Assembly: GCF_037042905.1 (NCBI RefSeq)
Contig: NC_087252.1
Location: 7,006,001 to 7,070,000, forward strand
DNA from: Lytechinus pictus
Taxonomy: Eukaryota
Reading direction: 5' to 3'
Length of the DNA: 64,000 bases
The notes under the pieces are model-generated. The model was not told the DNA's origin, made no database searches, and saw nothing but the letters and a program-made list of their open reading frames with translations. A program made the position numbers and the translations under genes. Positions 1 through 13,020 of the stretch are shown piece after piece; the first letter of the stretch is position 1, and every line of letters starts with the position of its first letter.

Positions 1-300
1 TCTATGGTGCGAGGTCATTTCAACACGCTGCAGCAGAGCTGTGGAACAAGTTACCATTTAACCTGAAACTTGCCGATACAATTGAGAGTTTTAAGAGTCT
101 TTTAAAGACACATTTCTTTCTTTCTTTATAATAATTTTTTTTTGAATTTGTGCCAAGGTATTTTCATTTTTATATGACACTGACCATATATCTATTTCTC
201 TTTTTTTCTCTTTTTCTTTTCTTCTTTCAAGCGCATAGGGACTTAAATTTACTTTTTGTGATATGCGCTATAAAAGAATGGTTCATTATTATTATTATTA
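1..300 (+). mobile_element. 3' end of an L2/CR1-group LINE
   Basis: Encodes YGARSFQHAAAELWNKLPFNLKLADTIESFKSLLKTHF; 3' stem gcgcata...tatgcgc; (ATT)n tail; absent at the paralogous site near 32080. Confidence 0.8.
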
Positions 301-857
301 CTATACATGATAATATCCCTTACCCTTTAGCTTATGTTTAGGAAAGGCCTCTAAATCTAAATCTTAGGTTGTAACTGAAATTAACAAAAATTACATTCGC
401 ATGAACTCACTTCGTAGCTTATTTTTCAGTTTGCATGGCCGGTATCAGATTAACTTTCTTCCTTTCTTTTTTTTTAATTTCCTTTCCTTCTCTCTCTCTC
501 TCTTTTACTCTCCCTCTTGCTTCCTCCTTCTCAATCTTTCATCATTTCTGTTGATCGTTGATTGAAGTAAGTAAATCCAGTGCAATTTTGTGTGCGTGTA
601 TTTATGCTGAAAATGGTATCACTTGAACAGAAAAAAAAACATACAAATTAAACACTGAAAATTTTGTCAAATTCGGACAAGGAATAACAAATTTATTACA
701 TTTATAATTTCCTTATTTCGTCAACGTTCTATACATGTCTTCATGAATATTCAAGGGCAAACTGATGATGTCATATCCGCACCTGTTTTTTTTTCTTTTA
801 CATGAAATTATGTTTTTCAAAGTTTGTCCTACTATAATTATTTGATTTAGTGCATTA

Positions 858-3663
858 GTCAGGCAGCATGTGTCATTTTACTTCGACAAATTGGCTAAGT
901 CTGATTTTTCACTTTTATGTGATTGGTTACATCACAAGGAACAACTTTCAACTTGGTGACAAATTTTAATGGTCATCTTGACCATGTTAGTGGTCAAAAT
1001 GGGTTCAATAGGGGTCATTTTTTTAAATTGCCCCGATTCTGTCGTGTGACACATCAAATTGTTTGTCTTGTTATACTGAACAGAAACATGTACACAATTA
1101 TATACTCTTGACCTCCCGTTAAAAAGTTATAACCGGAAATATCAAATGGTCAACGAACTTTCATTAAATGGCAAATTACACTAAAGGTGAGAAGAAAGCT
1201 AATTTTCCCGTGTTTTTATGCATGTGTGTATTTTTTTTCGAACTTGATAAGTCCATCGTCAGAAGTCCTTATCCAGAAGATATAAAGGGTCAAGACACGG
1301 TCATGGAAAGGTCAAAAGGTCAACAAACTTTCATTGGAAGCCAAAATACACGTCTAAAAGCGGTTAGAAGCTTAAAAGTCTTATTTTTCGTGGGTTCTTT
1401 ATTTTGAAAAGTCTCTATCTAAGAAGACATTATACATAAAGGGGCCAAATGTGCTTATTTAGGAACAAAATAGATAAACAGAGATAGACGTCGAATACAT
1501 TCAGTGTGGTATCATGGCATTGCAGGAATACCTTGAAACGACTTGGCAAACCCTTATGCCCTTAAAATCTTATCATCTTCATGATGTGAAAAGCGCAACC
1601 AGCTCTTTCCGAGTTTTTTTTTAATATTTAGGAATTCAATTCAAGTTCAACTCATTTTCAATTTACTAGTCTTTGATATGTAAAGATACATTTCATCCAT
1701 TTGCTTGCACATAATATTTTAATCAACAGAAAGTATTGTAATGTAATGGGGTTATATATTATGTGCACTATGTTGCACAGACACATCGATTGATCAGTGC
1801 TCCCAGCTCCAGATAAAGATGTCTAACATCTTATTTGGATTAACTTACAAATAAGATAATGAGGTTAAGATTGAGGATGATATGAAAGGTTGGACTCCAT
1901 TGCTCCTTAATTAATTATAATGTGTGACGGTTATATCACTTCTGACAAAGAGGCAACATCGTGTAGGCATGCTCATTGTAGTCATGGTGTCCATTAATGC
2001 TGATGTGATATATTCTGACCATTACTCGATCTCTGGAACCAAGAAGGACTACACATTCCTGATTATGTGCTGCCATTTACACGGCTTGTACTATTTTATC
2101 AAGTGTGTTTTTTCCAGAGCATACAACGTAAAACTAAACTTAATACCAGTTCTCACGATAGTGATGTGCATAGATGCATATTTTTTTTTGGTTCTTTTGT
2201 CGTTCTTGTTTTTTTTTTCGTACTTGCTAAACTACCTGGATGCTACTAAAAAAAATAATCACATAAAACCACGGCCATACCACAGCGGGAAGGGGGGGGC
2301 AGCTGCCCCCAGAAATTGTGAAGACTTGCATTTTTACTGATAAATAAATATAATTGACCAAAAGTATTCACGAAATCCTTGAATTTCACTTTACAAAATG
2401 CAAAAGGGCCCTAATGATAAGCTCAGAACAGCACATGCACCAGAAATGTGTATAGCCCTTCTTGGCTCCAGAGATCGAGTAATGGTCAGAATACATCACA
2501 TCAGCATAATGGACACCCATGACTACAATGAGCATGCCTGCACGATGTTGCCTCTTTGTCAGAAATAGTATAACCGTCATACATTATAATTAATTGAGGA
2601 GCAATTGGAGCCCAACTTATCCTCAATCCTAACCTCATTTTCTTATTCGCACGATAATCCAAATGAAATGTTAGGCATCTTTCTTAGGAGTTGGGAGCAC
2701 TGATCAATCGATGTGTTTACTCTGTTAACATAGTATTATACTTATACCCCAAATACATTTCAATCATTTCTGTTAATTAAATTATTTGTACAAAGAAAAT
2801 GAAGGAAATATACTTCTTTACATATCAAAGACTGGTAAATTGAAAACGAGTTGATTTTGAATTGAATTCCTAAATATAAAAAAACTCGGAAAGAGCTGGT
2901 TGCGCTTATCACATCATGAAGATGATAAGATTTTAAGGGCATAAGGGTTTGCCAAGTAGTTTTAAGGTATTCCTGCAATACCATGATACCACAATGAATG
3001 TATTCGACGCCTATTTCTGTTTATCTATTTTGTTCCTAAATAAGCACATTTGGCCCCTTTATGTATAATGTCTTCTTAGATAGAGACTTTTCAAAATAAA
3101 GAACCCACGAAAAATAAGACTTTTAAGCTTCTAACCGCTTTTAGACGTGTATTTTGGCTTCCAATGAAAGTTTGTTGACCTTTTGACCTTTCCCTAATAC
3201 CTTGTCTTGATTCTTTATATTTTCTTGATAAGGACTTCTGACGATGGACCTATCAAAATAAAAATAAAAAAAGTACACACATGCATATAAACACAGGGAA
3301 AATGAGCTTTCTTAACACCTTCAGTGTAATTTGCCATTTAACGAAAGTTCGTTGACCTTTGACATTTTCTGGTCATAAGTTTTTAACAGAAGGTCAAGAG
3401 TATATGGCTGTGCACACTTCCTTGTTTAGTATTACAAGACAAACAATTTGATGTGACACTCGACAGAATCGGGGCAATTTAAAAAATTGACCCCTGTATA
3501 CATGTAACCCATTTTGACCACTAACATGGTCAAGATAACAATTAGAAATTTGTCACCAAGTTGAAAGTTGTTCCTTATGATGTCACCAATCACATAAAAG
3601 TGAAAAATCAGACTTAGCCAAATTGTCGAAGTAGCCGGTAAATCATGACACATGCTGCCTGAC
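858..3663. mobile_element. Foldback-type non-autonomous DNA element with ~1.2-kb inverted arms
   Basis: 858-~2072 is the reverse complement of ~2428-3663. Ends are GTCAGGCAGCATGTGTCA / TGACACATGCTGCCTGAC, flanked by TA. The empty site is visible at ~32620. Confidence 0.92.
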
Positions 3664-5177
3664 TAATTAATGAGATATTCATCGCTGCAAAGTATTTTAT
3701 CATAAGACATACATTATCATACACACTCTTATTGAGATGTGGAATATTTATGATTACATGTAATAAAATTAAAAAAAGGAAAGTGTGAATGTGACACATG
3801 GTGACGAGGTGTCCCGTATCTTAAGGGAAATTCTTTTATTTCAAACATTGTCCAATGTCCCGTAGGACTCTGTCCGGGACGCCATTTTGTATCGTATTTC
3901 ATGATTTTGAACACATAAAAAAAATATATTATTGCATTTTACTTTGTTCTCATATGCGAAAAGAAAAAAAGGGAAACTCACGATAAAGAGATTTGTAAAT
4001 CTTCATGTATAATTTTTGTGAAAATTTCCGTGACACCTACTAAATAGAGGAAGACTTTGTAATCATCAGTAGTTATGAACGTAGAGTTTGTGGCCATGCT
4101 CCTATTATAGTTTATCCACAAATTTGTATTCCTTAGTGGCCTTCATTCTAATTGGATTAGTGGCATAATGAACTAAACATGTAGAAGGACCACAACATAA
4201 CTTAAGTGGGAAAATTCATGCCTTTTTGAATGGCAATCTAATATTGTGATATATCCAGAATCCTGTATATATTTCACCCCTTTCCCTTCCCTGTTTCCCC
4301 TTCTGTTATTCATTTACTTATTTATTATTGATTTATATGTTTTCTTTGTATTGGATTCCGCCCCCCCCCCCCTTGTGGGAGAACAAAAATCTCCCCATGT
4401 ATACGCCAGCGATTTGGATTTATTAAGTTGTGATATGATGGCACATTCAGCGTCAGCAACTTTTGCTTTTAAGAAAATAGCTAAAAAAATGTGGGCACAG
4501 TCTGTCATTTTTAACATTTGGTTTAGATTTCTTTCCTTTTTTTCAGTACCAATTTTTGTACTGCCATATTTCATATTTCTAAAGTCGGCTTAGGGAAAAG
4601 AGCAATACCAATGAGAGGATTTTTTTTTTGCAAATCCAAACAGAACAAAATTCGTATCCAAATTTCAAAAGTCAAAATCTTACATCATGAACACGGAAAT
4701 TATTATGGAAAGGACAATATTAACAAACATTTATACACAAATGCATTATATTTTATATGACCTGATTGCCCGTCTTTCCATATCCCTTTCCTATATTGTA
4801 AATCGGTACACTAAGACATTATGATGTGGACAGGTAAATTGAAATTAAATTAAATTACATCTGTTCTCTTTGCATTGTTTTTTTAAAGAAACAGATAATG
4901 GATAAATTCATTAAAATTATTGCGGTATCTCTGTAATGAATCAAAGTATGTGTATATTACAGCATGAAACTAATCAAATACTCAACTCATGAAAACGGAC
5001 ATACTAAAACTTCCAAGCCTACACCCGTCCGAGTAAAATTAAGTGAATAAACAGAAAGCTCCAACTGAACCTGATTTTCTTTTCTCAATCAACAAAATCT
5101 AGAGTGTGTGATAATAAAGTAATTTTGTATCATTAAGAAATAAGACGAGGGAATTGATAGATAATTAAATAACTTAC

Positions 5178-5228
5178 TATCAGACCAACTGATATAGATA
5201 GTAAGGGACTTGGTGGATTCCATAGCTT
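5178..5228 (-). CDS. Copy B candidate 51-nt frame-preserving exon (EAMESTKSLTIYISWSD)
   Basis: Strong acceptor TCTCTCTCCTCCAG, donor A|GTAAGT, phase 1-1; the homologue at 34133-34184 is 52 nt. Confidence 0.5.
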
Positions 5229-6548
5229 CTGGAGGAGAGAGACAACAAACGGAAAGGGTAGATTGTATTATAATTTTCTAAAAAAATGTGTCGAAATCTA
5301 GAGCATAAAATTAGTTTTTTGTATAAAATTTCATTGGAGTACCCCTTCAATCATGTAAAGATATATCTTTGTTTCAGTACATTATATTGTTGACCACATT
5401 ATTATAACCATAGATCCTCCGTGTTATAAACTTGCTACTGTTACCTCATATAGATACGAATATGGAATTGCCTTTCTTCTGTTTTGCATACTGCAAAAAA
5501 TATAAATCCTATAAAGACTGTTATATTATTGACTAAACACTTTATTATACTCCTGCTACTGTTACTTTTCTTCTCTATATATTTCATGTGTATGTATGAA
5601 AACGTCTTTATCTTTTAATACAATGCAAAATATATCAATCATGTAAAAAGGTTTGTGCAGTTCTCACTCATTCAAATCACTTTGCTAGAACAATGAACTC
5701 GTAACTGTTAACTTTACGGATAGAATCTCATTCTTGCTAGCATTTTAAAATCATTTTCAGTATACATGGTGTATATGTTGTCTTTGAAACAATAATGTGC
5801 ACATGCAGACATGCAAGAGACGAATCTGTGCTACGTAAACTTTTATAGGCCCTATTTATTCAGGGAGTCTTTTTAGTAGTGTGTGTTTCATAATTAATTT
5901 CTTATTTGGTATTTCGTTACTATTGCTCTAATTTACTTTTCTCAATTGTCTCATTTCTCTTTCTTTTTTTCAATTTTATCTTTATTTCCTCTTCTCATGC
6001 ATTCTTTGATTCATGGATTTTATACATGATTTTATCTCGAGATCCAATTTATATCTTAATTTCAGTTGCTATTTCTAAAATTATTTTATATTTCCATTAA
6101 ATTTGGTTATCAAATCGCTTAGGTTCTTAATGTTGCTGATGTTCATTTGTATAAGGTTGTTGTGACAGTAGTTGAACATTATGAGTTTTTTTTTTCTTAT
6201 ATCATTGTAAATTTAGTTTCTTGGTATTCGGTCAGAATGTATAAAATATCGGAACGGAATATAGGCTTGGGACTTATAAAATAGAATGTTTACTGTTTAC
6301 TAAATCAGACCCAGCCCCCAACACACACACAAATGGATGTGTGTGTGTGTGACACACACACACATCCACTTAGATAACACACACAGGCACGCCAAACCTC
6401 ACACACACACACACATACATGAATTCCTCGTTACGGGCCTGAAATGTCTTTGATAAGAATGTAATATATCCATAAATTTGTTTTATTCACTACTTTTCAT
6501 GTTCCATTAACTGCAAGGATCGCAGTAAGAACAATTTCAAGCACTTAA

Positions 6549-6671
6549 AGGTCAACTCCACCCCAGGAAAATGTTGATTTGAATCAGATTTTGATGAAAT
6601 TGTCAGTGTTATGCTTGTTGAATTTTTCTATTTTTATTCAAATCAATATTTTGTTGGGGTGGACTTGTCCT
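6549..6671. mobile_element. Short, internally deleted TTAA-flanked MITE (Kolobok-like)
   Basis: TTAA-AGGTCAACTCCACCCC...GGGGTGGACTTGTCCT-TTAA; a single TTAA remains at the paralogous empty site near 35490. Confidence 0.85.
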
Positions 6672-6902
6672 TTAATAGATGTGAACATCAAAATTAAATT
6701 CCACTTTCCGGTGTCAGTCAATGGCCAGCCGCGCGGGATACCGTGTTGTCGAAAACTACTTATGATGTCAGGCAGAACACATTATACAGGACTAACTACT
6801 GTAAATTATCTTCAAACATTTGGAGTTTTTTCTTGACATTATAAAATTGAATGGAATTTGATAAGTAGGCCTAATTCACAACATGCTTTGCATTTTACTC
6901 AC

Positions 6903-7856
6903 CTTCCACCACAAAGTCCATACTACCATCAGTGCCCTGAATTTCACATCTATAGATCCCATCATCTGTTACTTCTGCACTAGAAATTGTCATCACTGAT
7001 TGTATATTTGTCAGGGTAGTTACATCAAAGTTTTTGAACTTTTCATCATCAGTGATAGGGACTGTTCCAGCAAAGATATTTTCACCTGTATTGTCATCTA
7101 CCCATAAAATTACAGGTACTGTTCCACCTGTAATATCACATGTGAGTGTGGCATCAGTCCCAGCTGCTGCTAGTGAAGTACCGGTTACAGTTGCTGTTTG
7201 CCCATTTGTTCCTGGAATAAAGTGGGTGAGAAATAAACAAATTAATTAAGATTTTCTGGTACTTGTGGTAAAGTGCCAAAATCGTTTTAAAATACACAAT
7301 CCTCAGCCTCTCACAATGTATTGCTTAAAGCTTTGGTTGCCAAGTATTAACTTGACAACTCGAAAGTCTTTCCCTTGCAAACACTGACCTAACCAAGTAA
7401 TAAAATTGACCGTTGGTTAGATGCAATTGTTCTTAACATTCAAGATTCAAGAAGTTTATTTTCATTTCCATGACAAATCAAATACAGATACAAATCAAAG
7501 TATGAGTACCAGATCAATTTTACCTCAGCATAATTATATGATATATTCGAATTACCGAAACGATTTTTTTTCCCCCAGGTTATATTTCAAAGATTTATAT
7601 GCTAAAGATTATTGTTTAGGAGATAGAGCTGCCTAGCTAAAATCTGAAAATGTTGTGTCTCACAGACCAAATCACAGACATTTTGAACAAATCCCTCATT
7701 TTGATTAGTTGCTGATCAACGACTCAGATGTAAAAATGAAATCTCGTCCTTTCGATCACTCTTAATCAATTAACTAACTTCAAGATAATTACCAATTACA
7801 AGCAGCAGAACAGCAAATCCACGTAATAAAACCAGGCCAGCCATCGTCATGGTCAT
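6903..7856 (-). CDS. Copy B: 5' part of a paralogous Ig-receptor gene (signal exon 7793-7856, V-Ig exon 6903-7211); continues beyond the left edge
   Basis: MTMTMAGLVLLRGFAVLLLVI(G) plus an intact 309-nt exon ATLTCDITGGTVPVILW...DDGIYRCEI. Splice sites match copy A, and the introns are collinear with 32080-36360. Confidence 0.87.
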
Positions 7857-10178
7857 GTCTATGGTAAGCAACATGTGGTTCTCTTCGTATTATGATTTGA
7901 TTCTTGCTAATGGAATGTTTTGACTTGTGACGATCGTCTGCGTTCAAGGAGCAGGGATGATCACACCCTATCGAGAAAACCGGGGGAGTTTTTCCCGGAA
8001 GGCTGTGCTGATCAGTAGTCTCTTGTTCCAATAGTTTATTTGTGTGTCTGTGTAAGTTTGTGTGAGGATATGGAGGCCTATAGGTGAAGTGAGGGTGTGT
8101 GTAGACGTGTGTGTAACTGAGAAAGGAAAGAAAAAAAACATATTTTTGTGCGTTTTCATTTTATGGTTATTTTCAATAATCTGGGCGATGGATGTGCGGC
8201 GACCAGGTTGCAGTACATGGAAATTATTATACTACTACTAGCAGCTTGCGATGGAAAGTAAGTTTTAAAGTAATTTGCTTCAGTTCAAGACAAATAAAAG
8301 AAAAGAGAAAAGAAAAAAAATACAAGCTCAGAAGTTGCTATAAATTTTGTTTAAAATGCAATATTTTCCCCCCTCAAATTTGCAAATGCAAATTAATGAA
8401 GAATAGAATACGCTATAATAATAACAATATGCAACATTTATATAGTGCTCAATAAAATATTGCAATTTATCTTTGTGGAATTGTGGGGGGAGGCAGTTCT
8501 AGAATTACTTCATTATGCAATTTTATTTCACGATAAACTGGAAGCTCTCTCCTTTTCTCCGAATAATCAGTGGCGTAATGGTCCAAAAGTTTAAAGGGAA
8601 TCAGATATGTGATATTGGGCAAAGTTTAGTAAAAAAAATTGTGAGCGGGCAAGCAAAAAATCCGACATTATTATTAAAAAAATACATTTTTTTTTCATAT
8701 TTTGACCTAAAAAAAATGACTACAAAATGATATTATATTTCAATCTTTTTTCTTTTATTTCTTTTTCATTCTATTCTTTCTTTTTTGGGGAGGGGTCTTT
8801 TTTTTGGGGGGGGGGGGCAAGCGCCCCAAACACCCCATCTGTACGCCTCTGCTAATAATCTATGAAAATTATATTGTTGTTAGCATTTGATGAATAATTT
8901 TCATAGAAACGACTGGTTAAGAAAACTTCTAAACACAGCCTTTCGTGAAAATCTCTAGTCCCCGGTTTTCTCGAAAGGGTGCGGCCACCCCCGTTCCGCG
9001 AACGCAGGCGATCATAACTAGCCAAATGTTTTGACTACAGATGGTTAAGACCAAGTCAAGCTCATCTCCAAGATCTAGTTTTTCAAAGGAAGGACATACA
9101 TTATATTGAAAGCATTTACGAGAGATTACCAATGATTACTATTGATTTGTTGAAAATTGCATTGGAATCGTTGAAATATTTTCACGATTAGGTGGCAATT
9201 TTTACGTTTTTGTACACGGTTTGGAAAAAAGGGGGACTGAAGCTCACCCAGCACACCCCCCTCATTTTTGCAGCCCCCTGCATTTTTATATTAACGAAGT
9301 AGTCAAATGGAACACAAACATTATAAAAATGGCTTATACTAAGTGGGCTCTGCCTTTCTTCAAGATTGTCATGGACTATTGATCATCATTATAGGCTCTC
9401 AACTTTTCTACTCCCGAGATGTTAATCCTAATCAACCAGAAATAAAAAGTTATGTACAAGTTTTGTATATTCTAATTAAACTTCTAGGAGGGTTTTGAAG
9501 TAATCGCCATCTCAGCAACCTTGCATGGGCAGCTTATCTGATTAACGTAATAAATAAATTGCATGATACCACTACCGATAACACTGTAGCTCTTGACAAA
9601 AAAAAAATCTTTAAATAAAGCAAAATCTCATGTCATGTATGGCATTTGGGGGTACACGATTTTGTACATCAGCTCGTGTTTCATGTAGCCTTTGTCATCC
9701 CTTTTCAGTGCAGGTTAATCGTGCCAAACACATTAACGTCCCGTTTTTCTCAAAGCGAGCCCTTTGATTGAATATCACTTGGTGAAAGTTCCTTTAGTAC
9801 AGACCAAGATCATTATACCTGAAATCAGTATCCTTTTGCATTGGGAGAGGATTTATTTCCAACAGAAAAAAATAACGTAGTCTCGGCATAACTTCATGTA
9901 ATTTGTTCAGTGCAGTATTTTGTGATATCATCCTAATCAGCTCTGTTGAAGCATGGCCCTGAGAAGCGGTGCCGCACCATTTATAGGCAACAACACATTG
10001 AAATTAGGTTGGTATACTAAAATGTAGAAATTTTACCAAAATTAACGAAATGTTGTTAATTTTCGAGCCTTACAACCCCTTTTTCGCTTGTTATTTTTTT
10101 CTGGGCCAAATTACAATAAACAATAAGTTCATATCATATTTTACCACACACTAAACACAATAGTACATAAAAACTCAC

Positions 10179-10429
10179 CTTATCCAGTTACCAACGATAC
10201 ATTTTGTTTCTATTCGTCTTTACCTATTGGGTATGTTTGGTGAGCACAGTGAAGTTCGACGAGCTCTAAATTCATTTTGTCAATGTAAACAATTTGTTCT
10301 CGTGTTCCTGATTTCAACGTTGAATCTCCAGTCAGTATAAAGGTATATAATACATGTATATTCGTTTGTTATGTTATAAAGAGGGCGTTAAACAGATATA
10401 GTCGGGCTTATAACTGAGCAAGATGCAAC
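10179..10429 (-). other. Candidate non-coding 5' UTR exon of copy B
   Basis: Acceptor TTTTCTTTACTTTCCAG at 10430 and donor AAG|GTGAGT at 10178. The donor is conserved at 40629 and 57341. The ATG-containing exon has a matching acceptor (TTTCCTTTCTCAG) at 8117. Confidence 0.5.
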
Positions 10430-11941
10430 CTGGAAAGTAAAGAAAAAATCATTTGGTTTTTCTAAACAAGTTTTCATACTTCACAATAATATATTAGTGA
10501 ACAGCAAATTCAAATTTTCTTGTGAGGGATCTTAAAATCGCCTTTAACTAAGGGATAATGAGTCAAGCTGAAATTTTACGGTTTCAATAGAAATAATAAA
10601 ATCAGACAAACAGTGAAGAACTAACAAAGTTTTGACATTTCAAAGGTTTGCATTATCTCGGTGTTACAAGATTTCCCCTCTAAAATTTCTCATTATCCGA
10701 AATGTTTTCTCTTCCTTTTTTTATCATCAAAGAACGTAAAATATAGGATTGATGTCTAATTTACTGTGTAAGATCATCATGACTGAAAGTTGTTTCATTT
10801 GTTTCATTCAAAGGGAGACGTGCTATACACATTATGAAAACATGGATTGGTTGTAGTTTTTTTTTTATATAGTGACAAAAGGGAAAGTGGGTATGTAACA
10901 TCACTAGCCAATCTATATTGTCTTTTTTATTAAAGTTTGATGAAACTGTCGGGGTATTGCTTCTACAATTTGACTTTATTTATTTAGACATGATTATTTT
11001 CAGCATTGGGTGTCCCTTTAAATGTGGAATTCCACCCCAAAGAAAAAAGTTGTGTAGATTAAAATGAGTAATAGCGTTTACAAAAGATTATACATAATAA
11101 TAAAAATAATAAAAATCAAATGATCAATTGAATCAAGTGATTTATAAGTAAGCCATCATTTGCTTAATATCAACGAGTCTTTACTAATAACATTAAAAAA
11201 AAACAGAGGGAGAATCCCCCCATGGCAGAATTATGTAGACCTTTGTCTTTTGGCATAAATACATTTATTCACAAGAAAGTGCTTCAGAAAGAAGTGATGA
11301 CATTTATTTCAACATGTCAAAACTGTTGTCCCTCCTCATGAAGTGTGCCCGGTATGCCACAACATTTACATTTGCACGCTCCCATCCATTTGTTGACGAT
11401 CAGCATAGGGTCGTCGAGCGTTTGTCAACTACGTTTCGTCACTGATTTCACGAACCGTTATAAACCCAAAACTTTATTTCAAACGGACCACTTTATGTTT
11501 ATCAAAAGTTACGATGGGAGCCCCACAAGGACCCATTCTTAGGCCATTATTGTTTTTTAAATCTTATTTCAATACAATAGATTAACGAAATGTATTCATG
11601 ACGGTCACCGACGACACGATTCTTAAAGGGATGGTCCGGGCTGGAAATATTTAGATCGAAATAAATATAATAAGATTAAAAGAGCAAAATGCTGAAAATT
11701 TCATTAAAATCGGATAACAAATAACGAAGTAATTGAATTTTTAAGTTTATCAATATTTTGTGAAAACAGTTATATGCATATCATCATGAATATTCATTAG
11801 GTTGGCTGATGATGTCACATCCCCACTTTCCCTTTTCATATGTTATTACTGTACATGAAATCATAATTGTTTCATTTTTCATACATGTGAAAATTACGTG
11901 TTTCCATTTTGATGTAATAATTTAATAATAATAATAATAAT

Positions 11942-13020
11942 ACAGAATTCTGCAGCCCGTATTGTTACCCTTATCAGACGCTCTAGTTCAAGTTCAAATT
12001 CAATTTATTCAAAAAACCAGACATATTATGAGTACAAATCAATGATCAGATGTTACAAAAGAATACATGATACAATATGAACGGTTTTCTAGGACCCCGA
12101 AGAAGCACAGCTGGTGAGTGGGGTCCTATACCTCTAAATAAGATGTAGATCTAAATGTATAAAATGACAAAGGAGAATACATAATAAGCAGATATATCGA
12201 CTACAAATATGTACAAAATGTACATTAAACAAGTGTCAGCATAAACACAAACACACTCACACACACACACCCACACACACACGCAAACACACATGACTAG
12301 GATGGCCAACTACGAGATACATGTAAAACATAATAGACTCTATGGAAGAAAAACTTTCTAAATTAACTAAGATAATAGATTGTCAAAGAGGTATTTTTTA
12401 CATTGCACTTTAAACCGATAAAGAGTTGTACAGTTCCTAATATCAGAAGGTAACATGTTCCACTCCTTGATACAGGTTGTTATGAAAGAATTTAGGGATA
12501 CATTAGTTCTTACATAAGGTCGGTGGATACTACTCACTCACATAACTCCGGTTCTGTCCTCATTGCATTGGTTACCCATCGAGTACCGTATTGTATTTAA
12601 GTTATTATTGTTAGTTTTTCACTGTATCCATGGATCTGCCCCAGAATATAATGTTAATTTGTTGATGCCATACAATCCTCCTCGACGTTTAGGATCTTCC
12701 GATTCAAAATTGCTTACAGTTTCTAAATCTAAGAAATCATGGGGGGATTGGTCATTTGCACATGCGGGACCATCCTTGTGGAATCAGTTGCCATATTCGA
12801 TTCGTAGTATTTCAAATATCGATAATTTCAAAATTGCTCTAAAAACCGATTTGTTTAAAATTGCCTTCCAGTAGTTTCCTTTCATTTTCATGACTGTGCT
12901 TATTTTATCTTTGTCCCTTCCTGCTTCATGTAATTTTTCTCTTATTTCCGTTTCGTAGCGCCTTGAGCACATAATCAATGTGGATTTGGCGCTTAAGAAA
13001 TACTCTGTATTATTATTATT
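11942..13020 (+). mobile_element. 5'-truncated L2/CR1-group LINE, split by a second insertion
   Basis: QNSAARIVTLIRR (11943-) resumes as HITPVLSSLHWLPIEYRIVFK...GPSLWNQLP...FK..LKT.LF (ORF 12563..12874); (TAT)n tail. Confidence 0.85.
11985..12533 (-). mobile_element. 3' end of a CR1-like LINE nested in opposite orientation
   Basis: Minus strand encodes PYVRTNVSLNSFITTCIKEWNMLPSDIRNCTTLYRFKVQCKKYL; GGACCCC/GGGGTCC stem; AATAAA followed by a (TTGAA)-type tail. Confidence 0.78.

Noticed and set aside
1924-2580. Similar ORFs on opposite strands (MTVISLLTKRQHR / MTVILFLTKRQHR)
   Set aside because: A by-product of the foldback arms; the frames break at different points and show no domain.
7034-7249. 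Plus-strand ORFs at 7034, 35726, 31502, 19027 and 48848
   Set aside because: They are antisense shadows of the real minus-strand exons.
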